This document shows, in pieces, positions 45,212 to 56,049 of a stretch of DNA of 64,000 nt. Position 1 is the stretch's first letter. Each line of letters begins with the position of its first letter. The stretch lies in the IMG/VR virus record IMGVR_UViG_3300027956_000006. The stretch is one strand, 5' to 3'. The position numbers were made by a program, and so were the translations under genes. The notes under the pieces were generated by a model. It searched no databases. It had not been told where the DNA came from and worked only from the letters and a program-made list of their open reading frames with translations. Source of the stretch: a virus.

Positions 45212-45682
45212 ATGAAGAAATTTATTTTTGCTATTGACCCTGGAAATGAAAAAAGTGCGTTTTTAATTTGGGATCATAAACAGCAAAATATAAAAAATAA
45301 AGATATTATTAATAACCAAGAGTTGTTAGAGTTGTTAGAGTTGTTACCAGAAAAAGAAGAATATTATTTAATAATTGAAATGGTGGCGTGTTATGGCATG
45401 CCTGTGGGAAAAGAAATATTTGATACTGTTTTATGGATAGGACAATTTAAACAATCTTGGGGCAAACAACAAGTTGTTCTTGTTTATAGGAAAGATATTA
45501 AAATACATCATTGTAATTCAATGAAGGCGAAGGATAGCAATATACGACAAGCACTTATTGATCGTTTTGGTGACCCTGGTGTTAAAAAAATGCCAGGATT
45601 ATTGTATGGTGTTTCAAAGGACATTTGGAGTGCTTTAGCGATTGCTGTTTATTATAGTGATTTAATTAATAAAATTGAGTGA
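45212..45682 (+). CDS. RuvC-like Holliday junction resolvase
   Basis: FAIDPGNEKSAF (catalytic Asp), IIEMVACYG (Glu), DIWSALAIAVYY (Asp-x-x-Asp-like C-terminal helix); 156 aa. Confidence 0.55.
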   Translation: MKKFIFAIDPGNEKSAFLIWDHKQQNIKNKDIINNQELLELLELLPEKEEYYLIIEMVACYGMPVGKEIFDTVLWIGQFKQSWGKQQVVLVYRKDIKIHHCNSMKAKDSNIRQALIDRFGDPGVKKMPGLLYGVSKDIWSALAIAVYYSDLINKIE

Positions 45683-45722
45683 AAATATGAGATGAGTTGT
45701 GAAATTTTATTTAAAAATTTAA

Positions 45723-46418
45723 ATGAAGAATATTATTTTTTTAGAAGATTGTATTAATACATTATATAATAAAGAAATTAAATATGATTATATATTTTGT
45801 GTCCCACCAGATTTTGACGAACTAAAATTACATCCCATTAAAGACGCGTTAAAATACACTGCTTTTTTAAAGAAAATATTTATGGGGTTTAGTCCTAGAT
45901 GCAATATTGTTACTATCGCGATTACAGATCGTAAATATCAATCAGCTATTATCACAAAACATGAGTTAATTATTAAATTAATGCAAGAGTTAGGATATAC
46001 ATATATATCACAAAAGATATGGTGTAAATCTATAAAAATAAATTTATATCGTTTAAATTATAGTTTTATTATGAGTTTTGCGAAGAAACCTTATAAACAA
46101 CAACATGATAAAGAATATGAAATTGATGTTTGGAATCATCCTATATACTCATATTTAGGGTACAACTATGCTATTGCGTTAGAAGTTGTGAAACATTGTG
46201 TAATTAATTTTACTCAAGAATCAGCCATTGTTTATGATCCTTTTATGGGATCAGCAACAACTGCAATTGCGTGTCTGGAAACTAATCGTTTTTATTTAGG
46301 TAGTGAAATTAATCAAGATTTTTATAATATTGGGCAAGATCGAATTAACTTATATAATAACCATAAAGAAAACATGAAACAACAATTAATGTTCCCTTTT
46401 TATAAAATATTAAAATAA
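45723..46418 (+). CDS. DNA N6-adenine/N4-cytosine methyltransferase (beta-class)
   Basis: CVPPDF (motif IV-like) near N-terminus and DPFMGSATTAIAC (motif I) near C-terminus. Confidence 0.6.
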   Translation: MKNIIFLEDCINTLYNKEIKYDYIFCVPPDFDELKLHPIKDALKYTAFLKKIFMGFSPRCNIVTIAITDRKYQSAIITKHELIIKLMQELGYTYISQKIWCKSIKINLYRLNYSFIMSFAKKPYKQQHDKEYEIDVWNHPIYSYLGYNYAIALEVVKHCVINFTQESAIVYDPFMGSATTAIACLETNRFYLGSEINQDFYNIGQDRINLYNNHKENMKQQLMFPFYKILK

Positions 46419-47349
46419 GAGAATAAAATGACAAATAAAGAAATTTATAAATGTTATATTTGTGATTGTGAAATCGAAAAAGAAATGATGGTTACTGCTA
46501 ATGATCAGATTGTTCTAGGGGTTTATGCTATTGTAGTGCGTAATATGCAATTAGCAATATGTTCAGTATGTTTCGCACAATGGAATAAAATTTTAGAACT
46601 TTTAGTATCTCGTTTTAAAGAACAAAAACATATTGATGAAGAAATATGTAAAAAAATCTTAGAGTATAAAGATGAATAAAGTAACATCATTTGAAATTAA
46701 AACATCATTAATATCATATTTTAGGTTTCAAAGGCAATGGTTATGTGCTGAAGAAGTACAATTTGCTGGTGGATTAGCAGATATTTTAAGCGATACTGGT
46801 GAAGATATTATAGAAGTAGAGGTAAAACTTACTAAAAATGATCTATACCGGGGCGAGAAAAAAAAGGAAAAACATATTACTGGTATTAAAAGCAATCGTT
46901 TTTATATTTGTGCCCCTTCATATTTAATTAATGATGTATTAAAATGGGTTGAAGAAACAAATAAAAATTATGGTGTGATAGAGTATCAATCATATTTGAA
47001 TCTTGTTATTAGACGTTCGGCAAAACCATTTAATCGACCATATGATTTAACAATTAGAAAAAAAATTGAGATGAGGTTAAGTTCCATGCTTTACACATAT
47101 ATGAATAAAATATGTCACGATTTACAATTAAACAGAGATGGATGTAAAAATCAATTAGAGTATAAAGATGCCCCCTAAAAAAACACCATTACAATTATTT
47201 GATAAAAGATATGCTATTTTAAAAAAACAATTTGAGACTGGGAAGTTGCGCGCTGAATTTATTTTAAAAAAACGGCAAGAACGATGTGAGCATAAGTTTT
47301 CTTTTATAATGGGCACTGGTAATAATGATAGTTATTATAGATGTAATCA

Positions 47350-47829
47350 ATGTGGAATAGAGAAATAAATATGAAGAATAAACCTGAGTATATTAATAAT
47401 AAATTAAACTCGATATTATTTAAACAGTACCATGAGCAATATCAAAGAGTTTTTAATCAAGCTGAATGTGATATTGAACCTGAGTTTTTAGGTTTTATAA
47501 CGACATATTATTATTTATCCTACTTAATACCAAAACATTTTACTATTATTGATTTTGGTTGTGCGTATGCACCACAAGCGTATTACTTTATTAACCATAA
47601 AAAATATATTGGTGTAGATTGTAGTGTAATAACGAGATTTATTTTTCCTAATACCGAGCATAGAATAAATACTATAGATATGGAATTAAAAAATTGGAAA
47701 AATAAAAACACAGAACAAATTTTTGCTATTTGTAGTTATGTTCCTACAGACACGTTCATGTTGCGTAAAATATTTTCTAATCTTTTTGTATATTATCCTT
47801 CCACTAATTCATCTAATAAAATTCCGTAG
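47350..47829 (+). CDS. possible SAM-dependent methyltransferase
   Basis: IIDFGCAYAPQ resembles class I MTase motif I; weak. Confidence 0.25.
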   Translation: MWNREINMKNKPEYINNKLNSILFKQYHEQYQRVFNQAECDIEPEFLGFITTYYYLSYLIPKHFTIIDFGCAYAPQAYYFINHKKYIGVDCSVITRFIFPNTEHRINTIDMELKNWKNKNTEQIFAICSYVPTDTFMLRKIFSNLFVYYPSTNSSNKIP

Positions 47830-47840
47830 AAAAAAATATC

Positions 47841-47868
47841 TTGACAATTTTATAAATTATGTTATAAT
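47841..47868 (+). promoter_or_regulatory. sigma70-type promoter (TTGACA-16-TATAAT)
   Basis: cTTGACAattttataaattatgtTATAATatg. Confidence 0.55.
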
Positions 47869-48003
47869 ATGTTTTAATAGTAGACAAGAGTTTTGTCTGA
47901 TTACGTCAAAAGAACGTAAATAGTACCCTTTCACTCCCGTAAGAAAAAAAACTCTTCAGATGTTCTCTTGTTTACTGCTTAATAAAAATATTAGGAGATA
48001 AAA

Positions 48004-49050
48004 ATGGAAAAAATAATGATTAAAGATTTATTAAAGGGATATAATATTAATCATGCCGGAATTCAAAATGTTGGCATTATGACTGTTGTTCCTTTAGTCT
48101 CTAATCAAGAATATACCCCTATTACTTCTTTTATTAATATTCGTCTTGATCAAGATTTAGAATATAACAAATTACAATTTAAAAATGATTCTGATGATAT
48201 TGGTATTTTATTGCAAGGATATACTATTATATCAGATCAAAAGGCCCAAGATCGTACGGTACCTTACCCTAGATTAATTAAAGGTAGAAGTAAAGTAATT
48301 GTACCGGCTAACTGTGTCGAACCACATCAGGGTGGTTCTTTGCAGACATCAAAAATAAACCCAGAAAATTTTAAAATATTACCACCTTCATTACGTGCAC
48401 TTGCTATGCAAAAATCAAGCTTTAGTTCGGGTGAAACTGGTGCATTATGGGAATCATTATCTACATGGTCGAAAGATCTTGATTTACGTAATAATGGATT
48501 GGTTTCTTTTTATGAAAAATTTGTGCAACAATTAGATGAGTTTGTTGCTTCTTTTGAACCAGTAGAAAAGCAATTGGGAGCAATTACAATTTTAAATGAT
48601 GAAGTTATCGCTATTGACATTGCACCAAAATATGCTTCATGGTTACAAATTTTTAGACCATTAATTAGAGATAGCTATGGTGCCGAAGCTTGCCGTTTAA
48701 TTCAAAACAAACAAATTAAAAGTTTAATTGATATTATAGATACTACTAATATAAATAGTGCAGAATCATTAGAGAAAAATTTTACTAGTAATACAGCAAT
48801 ATTTTTTGACCGTATTAAAAATATTATAAAACAGAACATAGAGTTAGAAAGTACTTATAGTATGTTGCAAGAATTAAATGATTTAAATTTAGTTCAATTT
48901 GAATCAAAACAATTTTTAGGTTGTGGTGTATATCATGGCGATCATATAGTGTATTTATCTTTAGTAAGTAAAGAAATTATGAAAAAAAAGGAAAAAATTG
49001 CTGATTTAAACACTGTGCATAATTACGCTAATAATGCGTTTCGTATTTAA
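48004..49050 (+). CDS. hypothetical protein (348 aa) upstream of dnaN
   Basis: Strong RBS AGGAGA; no motif recognised. Confidence 0.3.
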   Translation: MEKIMIKDLLKGYNINHAGIQNVGIMTVVPLVSNQEYTPITSFINIRLDQDLEYNKLQFKNDSDDIGILLQGYTIISDQKAQDRTVPYPRLIKGRSKVIVPANCVEPHQGGSLQTSKINPENFKILPPSLRALAMQKSSFSSGETGALWESLSTWSKDLDLRNNGLVSFYEKFVQQLDEFVASFEPVEKQLGAITILNDEVIAIDIAPKYASWLQIFRPLIRDSYGAEACRLIQNKQIKSLIDIIDTTNINSAESLEKNFTSNTAIFFDRIKNIIKQNIELESTYSMLQELNDLNLVQFESKQFLGCGVYHGDHIVYLSLVSKEIMKKKEKIADLNTVHNYANNAFRI

Positions 49051-49064
49051 AACTAGAGGATTCA

Positions 49065-49820
49065 ATGCAAAATTTAACAAAATATTTTCAAAAAGCAAAA
49101 TTAAATTTGACTGTTACCGATAAACCAATTGCTATGAACAAGTTTATTAGAACTGAGAATAGCGATAAAATATTTCAAATGACTATTGACTCAGGTAAGA
49201 GCGAACGTTTTAGGATATTTCCTGGTGTTGGGACAGATGTGCGCGTTTTAGATTATGATAACCATAAGCGCCAGGTTTTATTGTTTGTTAAAGAACCTAA
49301 GCGTACATTTAGTACAACCCAGTATGATATAAAACAAGGTAAAAACATTACTACTGTACATGAAACACCAGACTATATCAGAAGATATTTGATGGGAATG
49401 GATGAGACACACTTATTTATTGCTGAACTACCTAATAGACAAGGTAAAGTTAATGATATTGTAGATGCACATCGTATCTTGCAACCCTATGAAGTAAAAG
49501 ATAAGAAAAAAAGATTAAAAACTAAGATTAAAAGACAAGGTGAATGGTTTTTTATTAAAGCTACCCCTAAAGAATTAGAAATGATATCTGCAGCAATGAG
49601 TGCACCACTATATAAAGCAAGAACAAGTTTTACTTTACCTACTTTAGGTAAACCTCATATTGCTGAAGAAGCAATAATAGTATCAGAAATGATTTTTATT
49701 AAGGGAAAAATAAAACATGCTGACCATAAAACGCAACATTTTTTTGATTGGCATAGAGTATATAGAAATACTGAAATAGAAAACAGAGATAGAAGTGCTA
49801 TTCAAGGGTGGGTAGATTAA
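49065..49820 (+). CDS. hypothetical protein (251 aa), stop overlaps dnaN start
   Basis: RBS GAGGA; basic patches KDKKKRLKTKIKRQGEWFF. Confidence 0.3.
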   Translation: MQNLTKYFQKAKLNLTVTDKPIAMNKFIRTENSDKIFQMTIDSGKSERFRIFPGVGTDVRVLDYDNHKRQVLLFVKEPKRTFSTTQYDIKQGKNITTVHETPDYIRRYLMGMDETHLFIAELPNRQGKVNDIVDAHRILQPYEVKDKKKRLKTKIKRQGEWFFIKATPKELEMISAAMSAPLYKARTSFTLPTLGKPHIAEEAIIVSEMIFIKGKIKHADHKTQHFFDWHRVYRNTEIENRDRSAIQGWVD

Positions 49821-50911
49821 TGAAATTTAAAACTAAAAAAAGTGAGTTAGTGAAAGCATTACAAATAGTTGAAAATGCTGTTGCGATAAAAGCAACAATG
49901 CCGGTATTAATGCAAGTATTGCTTAATCTAAATGGGAACACACTACAATTAAGTACGACTAATTTGAACCTTAGTATTACAACAAATATTGTAGTTGCGG
50001 TACAAGAAGAAGGGGCATTAACATTACCATTTAAAAGATTTAAAGATGTTGTCAGTGCGTTATCTAATGAAGAGATAGAAATAACAACCGATCAACATAA
50101 TTCAATTATTATTAATAATAATAATTGTAAATTAAAAATTAAATCATTATCTGCAGATGATTTTCCTAAATTACCTGATATTAAAACAGAAAATACATTT
50201 AAAATTAAGTATTCTTTATTATCAGAAATGGTAATGCGTACAGCTTTTGCTGCGTCTTTAGACGAGGCTAGAGCTATATTTACGGGCATTTTACTTGAAG
50301 TAGAGCAAGATAATATTATTTTAGCAGCGACTGATAGTAAAAGAATTGCGGTTAGTAAGAATAAATTATCTACTTCTATTAATACACATTTAAAAGCTAT
50401 TGTTCCAGCAAAAACTTTTAAAGAAATCGTTACCATGTTACAAGGTGAAGGTGATTTATTAATTACTATGGAAGAAAGGATGATTGGAGTTATTTTTGGC
50501 CCTACTAAAATTACTTCCCGTGTAATTAATGGTGAATATCCAGACTACTCTAAAGTTATTCCCTCTTCTAATGAAAATAAACTAACAGTATCACGAAAAA
50601 ACTTATTAGAAGCACTAAAAAGATCGGCATTGTTTATGACAGAAGAGTATCAAAGCACTAAATTTGACTTTACACAAAATAAATTAACTATTTCAAAAAT
50701 AACTCCTGATGTAGGGGAGTTTCAGGAAGAAATAAATATTACTTATGCTGGTGGAGACATTGTTATTGGCTTTTATCCTAATTATTTAATAGATGCATTA
50801 AGTAATTTAACCGAGGAAGTTATTGAATGTGAACTTACCGCGGCAGATCGACCTGCAGTTATAAAAGTAGCTGATTATACGTATATTGTATTACCGATGA
50901 GATTACATTAA
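49808..50911 (+). CDS. dnaN: DNA polymerase III beta subunit (sliding clamp)
   Basis: 367 aa, collinear with DnaN: MKFKTKKSEL...LLEVEQDNIILAATDSKRIA...INGEYPDYSKVIP...IGFYPNYLIDAL...VLPMRLH. Confidence 0.9.
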   Translation: MGRLMKFKTKKSELVKALQIVENAVAIKATMPVLMQVLLNLNGNTLQLSTTNLNLSITTNIVVAVQEEGALTLPFKRFKDVVSALSNEEIEITTDQHNSIIINNNNCKLKIKSLSADDFPKLPDIKTENTFKIKYSLLSEMVMRTAFAASLDEARAIFTGILLEVEQDNIILAATDSKRIAVSKNKLSTSINTHLKAIVPAKTFKEIVTMLQGEGDLLITMEERMIGVIFGPTKITSRVINGEYPDYSKVIPSSNENKLTVSRKNLLEALKRSALFMTEEYQSTKFDFTQNKLTISKITPDVGEFQEEINITYAGGDIVIGFYPNYLIDALSNLTEEVIECELTAADRPAVIKVADYTYIVLPMRLH

Positions 50912-50915
50912 TTAT

Positions 50916-52442
50916 ATGGAGATGATAATGAAAAAAAATATTTCTACAAAACGAAAACCTCGTACAATTTTATCGAAAAAGGTCCCTTCATCTACTTCCA
51001 TAGAATATAAAACTGAATCTCTTATTGCATTAATTAATTGTTGTAGTACAAATATTAGTAAACAAACTTTTTATAATAAAGAAGATACACAGCGTTTAAC
51101 ATTATTAAATATTCATAGTGCCGCATTTGAAACGAGTAGGATGTTTTATGCTTTAATGTTGCTCCCTGATTTTGTAACTGATGTAAATAAAAAGATTATA
51201 GTAGCTAATTTGCTAGAAGGAATCAATGTTTCTGTTGGACAAAAACATTGGGAAGATGCATTAATTTTGCAAAGTTTTTCCAATATGCAACCTAACCGTA
51301 TTTTCGATATTTTGAATTATATAGTAGACCTTAAATTAAATAATGCACGCACGAGAAATTTGATATATAAATTTTTAGATAATAATAGAAATACGTTATC
51401 TTTATGGGCTTTAAAATATAAAAAATCTTTTAAAAGAGTTATACGTCATGCACATATTAATCCGCGCTTACATGATGCCATTAATTTTTTAATGAAACAT
51501 AAGTATACATCTGATGATATTTTATTACATAATTATAAATTAGCCCAGAAAGGTGACGTAGAAGCGATTTATAAATTACCTTTAACGGTAGCACGCGGTT
51601 TTGCCGCTAAATATGAAATAGAAGAAGCTGCTTTTTTAAAGAAATTTAATGAATGTGGCAAAATAACACAAAAAGAACAACGTCAACAAGCAAGAGAATT
51701 ACACGAAAAAGGGGTATCAGTAAAAGTTGACCTTAAAAAACTTGATTTGTTTGATCTTTTTGTATATCTAGGGATGTTAAATGAAAATAATGCTTTACCT
51801 ATTACTGTAAAAGATGATATTAATAATGCGGCAAGAATTGCTGCTAAAAATGTACCTTATAGGTTTGATGATGCAGCTGTGGTATTAGATACATCTCTTT
51901 CTATGTCTGGTGCAAAAGAAACAAAAAATCATCCTCTCTATCGTTGTTTAGCTATTGCAGCAGTGATTAAAGAATTAAGTGATACCTTTACCGAATATCG
52001 TATGCACAATGTTAATTCTTTAATACCTAAATTAAGTTCGCAAAGTAATTATAGCACTCCTTTATTAAAAGCTTTAAAGAAACATCACCATTACATTTTT
52101 ATTCTTGGTGATGGATATGAAAATGCTCCTTATGAAGGTGCTTCTAATTTAATTCTAACATTATATAAACAATTTATTGATAAAGATAACAAAGCTATTA
52201 TTACACACTTTAATCCTGTTTTTGCTGCTGAATCAAAAGATGTGCGTAATCTTTTTATTAATAAAAAATATAATGCTATAGGTATACGCAATGACAAAAG
52301 TTTATCTTCAGCATTATTTTTGTCTATGAGTAAACAAAATCCATTACAGGCGCTTACCGCTTATTTCACAGTATTATTACGTTTGCAAAATAAAATAGCA
52401 CAAGCATTACAACCAAAAGAAGCACAGCTTAAATTGGAGTAA
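50916..52442 (+). CDS. rsr: Ro60-like protein (TROVE domain + von Willebrand factor A domain), Rsr ortholog candidate
   Basis: Central WALKYKKSFKRVIRHAHINP resembles TROVE [21 protein letters not shown]; C-terminal vWA MIDAS AAVVLDTSLSMSG as in Ro60 (LAVDVSASM); 508 aa like bacterial Rsr. Confidence 0.55.
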   Translation: MEMIMKKNISTKRKPRTILSKKVPSSTSIEYKTESLIALINCCSTNISKQTFYNKEDTQRLTLLNIHSAAFETSRMFYALMLLPDFVTDVNKKIIVANLLEGINVSVGQKHWEDALILQSFSNMQPNRIFDILNYIVDLKLNNARTRNLIYKFLDNNRNTLSLWALKYKKSFKRVIRHAHINPRLHDAINFLMKHKYTSDDILLHNYKLAQKGDVEAIYKLPLTVARGFAAKYEIEEAAFLKKFNECGKITQKEQRQQARELHEKGVSVKVDLKKLDLFDLFVYLGMLNENNALPITVKDDINNAARIAAKNVPYRFDDAAVVLDTSLSMSGAKETKNHPLYRCLAIAAVIKELSDTFTEYRMHNVNSLIPKLSSQSNYSTPLLKALKKHHHYIFILGDGYENAPYEGASNLILTLYKQFIDKDNKAIITHFNPVFAAESKDVRNLFINKKYNAIGIRNDKSLSSALFLSMSKQNPLQALTAYFTVLLRLQNKIAQALQPKEAQLKLE

Positions 52443-52444
52443 GT

Positions 52445-52948
52445 ATGTTAGTACAATCTTCTCATTTTAAGATTTATCTTGCAGGTTATATTAATAATAA
52501 TAAATTAAAAGAATGTGCAGAATGGCGTGATAAGATTAGAACACATTATGAGAATTGGAAGGGGAAAGAACGATACCCCATAGATTGGCTAGATCCATTA
52601 AATGGTGAATTTGGATATATTACTAAAGAAGGATTACAATGTGCCTTACCTGGTAAGGCGTTAGTAGACCGTGATTATAATAGTGTAAAAATAGCAGATC
52701 TTATCATCGCAAATATGGATACTTTTGGTGCACAGAGACCTTTAACAGGGACGATATTCGAATTAGCTTGGGCATGGTTAATGCATAAACCAGTTATTGT
52801 TATTACTAATGACGATAATTATAAATTTCACCCCTTTATAACTGATACTGCATCCATCGTTGTTCCTTCTGTGAAAGAGTTGTTAGAAAATAAGTATATT
52901 AATTACTTCTTTAAAGGAAAAGTAAGTGCGGAAAGTCAACATCTATAA
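52445..52948 (+). CDS. nucleoside 2-deoxyribosyltransferase-like protein
   Basis: KIYLAGY near N-terminus and GTIFELAWAW resemble NDT-family signatures; weak. Confidence 0.35.
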   Translation: MLVQSSHFKIYLAGYINNNKLKECAEWRDKIRTHYENWKGKERYPIDWLDPLNGEFGYITKEGLQCALPGKALVDRDYNSVKIADLIIANMDTFGAQRPLTGTIFELAWAWLMHKPVIVITNDDNYKFHPFITDTASIVVPSVKELLENKYINYFFKGKVSAESQHL

Positions 52949-54752
52949 TGTGCTGTTATTTTATTATTTATTAGAATAAAGGAGAATACATGAAAACATC
53001 GTTTGCAGAATTTGAGAAGTTACTTGATAAGATGATTATTGAAGAGCGTGCAGTTAAAGAAACAAAAGGTAAGGACTATACCGTTGGTGATGATCGTCTT
53101 AATAATTTTAGATCAATTGCTGATGAAATGACAGCTGCAGGGTTTCCAATAACAATGAAGCAAGTATTTTGGGTATACTTTAAAAAACACATTGATGCTA
53201 TTAGAAAATATTGTGCGACAAATCAATCTGTTAGTGAGCCAATTGAAGGGCGTATTTTAGATGCGAGAGTTTATTTAAGTCTATTACGTGCGATGGTTGA
53301 AGAGGATAAACAGCATGGCGTCTGAAACATTAACAATACCAGAAGATTATTTTAAGGAAGTTATTTTAGTTATTAGAAATGGTTTAAAACATACTAAAGG
53401 AATTAGTAATGTTAGTAGAAATCAGTTAAAACTTTGGTGTAATGAAGAAGAAGATTATTTAAAAAAATTAATTGAACCATAAAAATGGAGGATGAAGATG
53501 GTGTTAATTGAAGCTTTAAAAGAACAGAAATATATTTTACGCAAAATGGAAGATTTAAGAAAAAAAATTACACTCCATTGTGCTGATTTAGATTGTATGC
53601 AGCCAACATATGGAACTGCTGAAAATCAGCGTAAAGAAATTGCTGGATGGATACAGGCACATAATGATTTAGCGTTTCAATTAACTAAATTAAAAAAATC
53701 CATATTAAGAACTAATCTTGAAACTAGAGTTACAATTAAAATTGGTGAACAAAATATCGAGCATTCTATCTCTGAATGGGTTATTAGGAAAAGAGAAGTT
53801 ATTGATTTCCAATTATTAGCGTATAATGCATTAAATGATCGGGGGTTATCGCAACAAAGTTTAAGGACAATAGGAGGTGCTGACGAAGCAAATAAAATGC
53901 GTATAGCTCGTGTTCGTTTTTATTTTGATGCTAGTAATAGAGATGAACAAATCGAACTTTTAAAAAAAGAAAAAGAAGATATTGATAAGACTTTAGAAAT
54001 TGTTAATGCAACAACTATGTTAATGGAGTAAATATTGTTCTTTGAAATTTGGCTCATGTTAAGAGATAAAAACTGGAAATAATTGAACGTCACTGATACG
54101 ATATTCAGAATTATCGCGAGATAATATATCATTTGATTAGTCACCGACTAATTGGATAATGTTTAATATCATATAGCTAGGGGATAATATCTCCAGACCT
54201 AAGACTCAGGATAGTAAGATTTAAGATTAACTCTATCAAGGTTGACGAGTCAAGTTAATAAGATTAATGCCAATCGGTTATCGCTTTTTTACTGAGACGG
54301 TGAAAAAGATGTTGCCCTTTGTGAGTTGGCAAATGTCTTTACAAAGTTAGTTTATCAGTTAACGTCCAGGTTCTTGTAAAGCTTCCTTAATAGGGAGTCA
54401 AATTTTAAATTAAAAAACTAATATGGGTGAAAAGTGTTTACACTCACAAAAAAAAGATTTATAAATTATATTACAACATTAAAATTAATAGAATCTGATT
54501 TACACAAAGTGCATATTGCTTTTAAAAAATTAGATCCAGATTTTGGTGGGTTTTATTTAAGTAGATTTAGTACTCTTATTATTAAAGTATTGCAAGATGC
54601 TATGCAAGATAAATACGATTACATAAATTATTTTATCTATGAATTAGATTATGGTAAAAAATGGAAAAAAGGAATGATAACCAGAAAAAATGGTGAGGAT
54701 GTTAAATTAAAAACCCCAGAAGATCTATATAATTATCTTATAGAAACTAAAA

Positions 54753-55109
54753 ATGAAAAATAAAATTTTTTTAGCAGTTGATTTTGATGGTACCATAGCA
54801 GATAAAGTCAATGATGAACTTGTTTTAAAAGCTGGTGCTAAAGAAGCGATGCAAAAGTTTAAAGATGCGGGCTGTTATATTTTAATTGATAGTAATAGAG
54901 CAAATTCATATCGTAAAAAAGAAGGTACGGTAGAAAAAAGTCTTATAGAAATGAAAACATTTTTAGATATTCACCAAATTCAATATGATGCAATTGCAGG
55001 GTTAACATTTAAGATTGATGGAAAACCTATCGCTGATTTTTATATAGGGCATAATAACATAACATTGACAACTTGGGAAGAAGTTGCAATAAAAATATTA
55101 GGAGTATAA
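54753..55109 (+). CDS. HAD-superfamily phosphatase (small, 118 aa)
   Basis: FLAVDFDGTIADK (DxDGT motif I), YILIDSNRA (motif II-like). Confidence 0.5.
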   Translation: MKNKIFLAVDFDGTIADKVNDELVLKAGAKEAMQKFKDAGCYILIDSNRANSYRKKEGTVEKSLIEMKTFLDIHQIQYDAIAGLTFKIDGKPIADFYIGHNNITLTTWEEVAIKILGV

Positions 55110-55579
55110 TATTAATGGAACAAAATAAAGTAATAGATATATCCTCTGATGTTGCGCACCCTGTAGAAACATCTAAAATAATGGCATCACCGTTTATTGG
55201 GAATAAAAAAATACGCACACCGAGTAAGTATCTAACAATAAAAGATGCTACATATTTTAAAAGTCGCCTTAATAGCCAATCAAAACGTATAGAAAAATTA
55301 CAAATTAAATTATCACAAATCCAAACTAATCACCGTTATTATGTTAATAAACGATTACCTGATGTTTTGAAACGTGAAAAATTGAAACAACAATTTAGCG
55401 CTGTTTTAAGAAAGGCTGAACATATTCTTCACGCTTTTGGAAAACAAAATTTTACTATTGCTAGTAATAGTAAGGATGAAACTAAACGTCAAGCACGCCA
55501 TATAGGATTATTTACAGCTGTTGAAATGCAGCGATTGCGTCGAATGTTACAAAATGATTTTAGAGTAGTAAGAAAAAAC

Positions 55580-55607
55580 TTGACAAAATCATAATTTGTG
55601 TTATAAT
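55580..55607 (+). promoter_or_regulatory. sigma70-type promoter (TTGACA-16-TATAAT) preceding the ncRNA/tRNA island
   Basis: cTTGACAaaatcataatttgtgtTATAATata. Confidence 0.6.
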
Positions 55608-55917
55608 ATAAATATAGTAGAGATTTGATCTTTGATTTAAGAGGACTTAAGTTAAGAGTTCAGAATGTTTATATTAATTATAATGGAAACAGGTTAAATA
55701 ATTACTCCTTGTTCAAGGGGTGTTATTTATTAAACTCTTACTACTTCTCCTCTTTCTTATCGTATAAATTAATAACGGACTATGATAAAGAATACAGAAT
55801 GGTAAAAAGTCTGACTTTGAAATCAGAAAATGTACGTTCGAATCGTACCTTCCCCACCAATAAAAAAATATTGGGGAAGAAAAAAACAATTCTTTTCGCT
55901 TTTCCGTTATTTTAATT

Positions 55918-55989
55918 CGCAGGGTAGTGTAGGGGGAACACACTTGTCTCATACGCAAGAGAACAGTGGTTCAAATCCACTTCCTGCAA
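55918..55989 (+). tRNA. tRNA-Met (anticodon CAU); C1xA72 mismatch suggests initiator-like or Ile2/lysidine type
   Basis: Hand-folded cloverleaf: D stem GTGT/ACAC, anticodon stem CTTGT/GCAAG loop CTCATAC, T arm AGTGG-TTCAAAT-CCACT. Confidence 0.65.
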
Positions 55990-56049
55990 CAAATTTAATA
56001 GTATAAACAAACATGACTATAAAAGTTAGATTCGAACATAAGATGTATA

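Noticed and set aside
45316-45342. Tandem 9-bp repeat GAGTTGTTA x3 considered as possible CRISPR/iteron
   Set aside because: Lies in-frame inside CDS 45212-45682 encoding ELLELLELL; simple coding repeat. No CRISPR array seen anywhere in the window.
55625-55958. ORFs 55625-55915 (+) and 55713-55958 (-)
   Set aside because: Region lies directly downstream of a consensus promoter and contains tRNA-like hairpins, and the minus-strand ORF also runs across tRNA-Met (55918-55989). More likely non-coding RNA than protein. No RBS.
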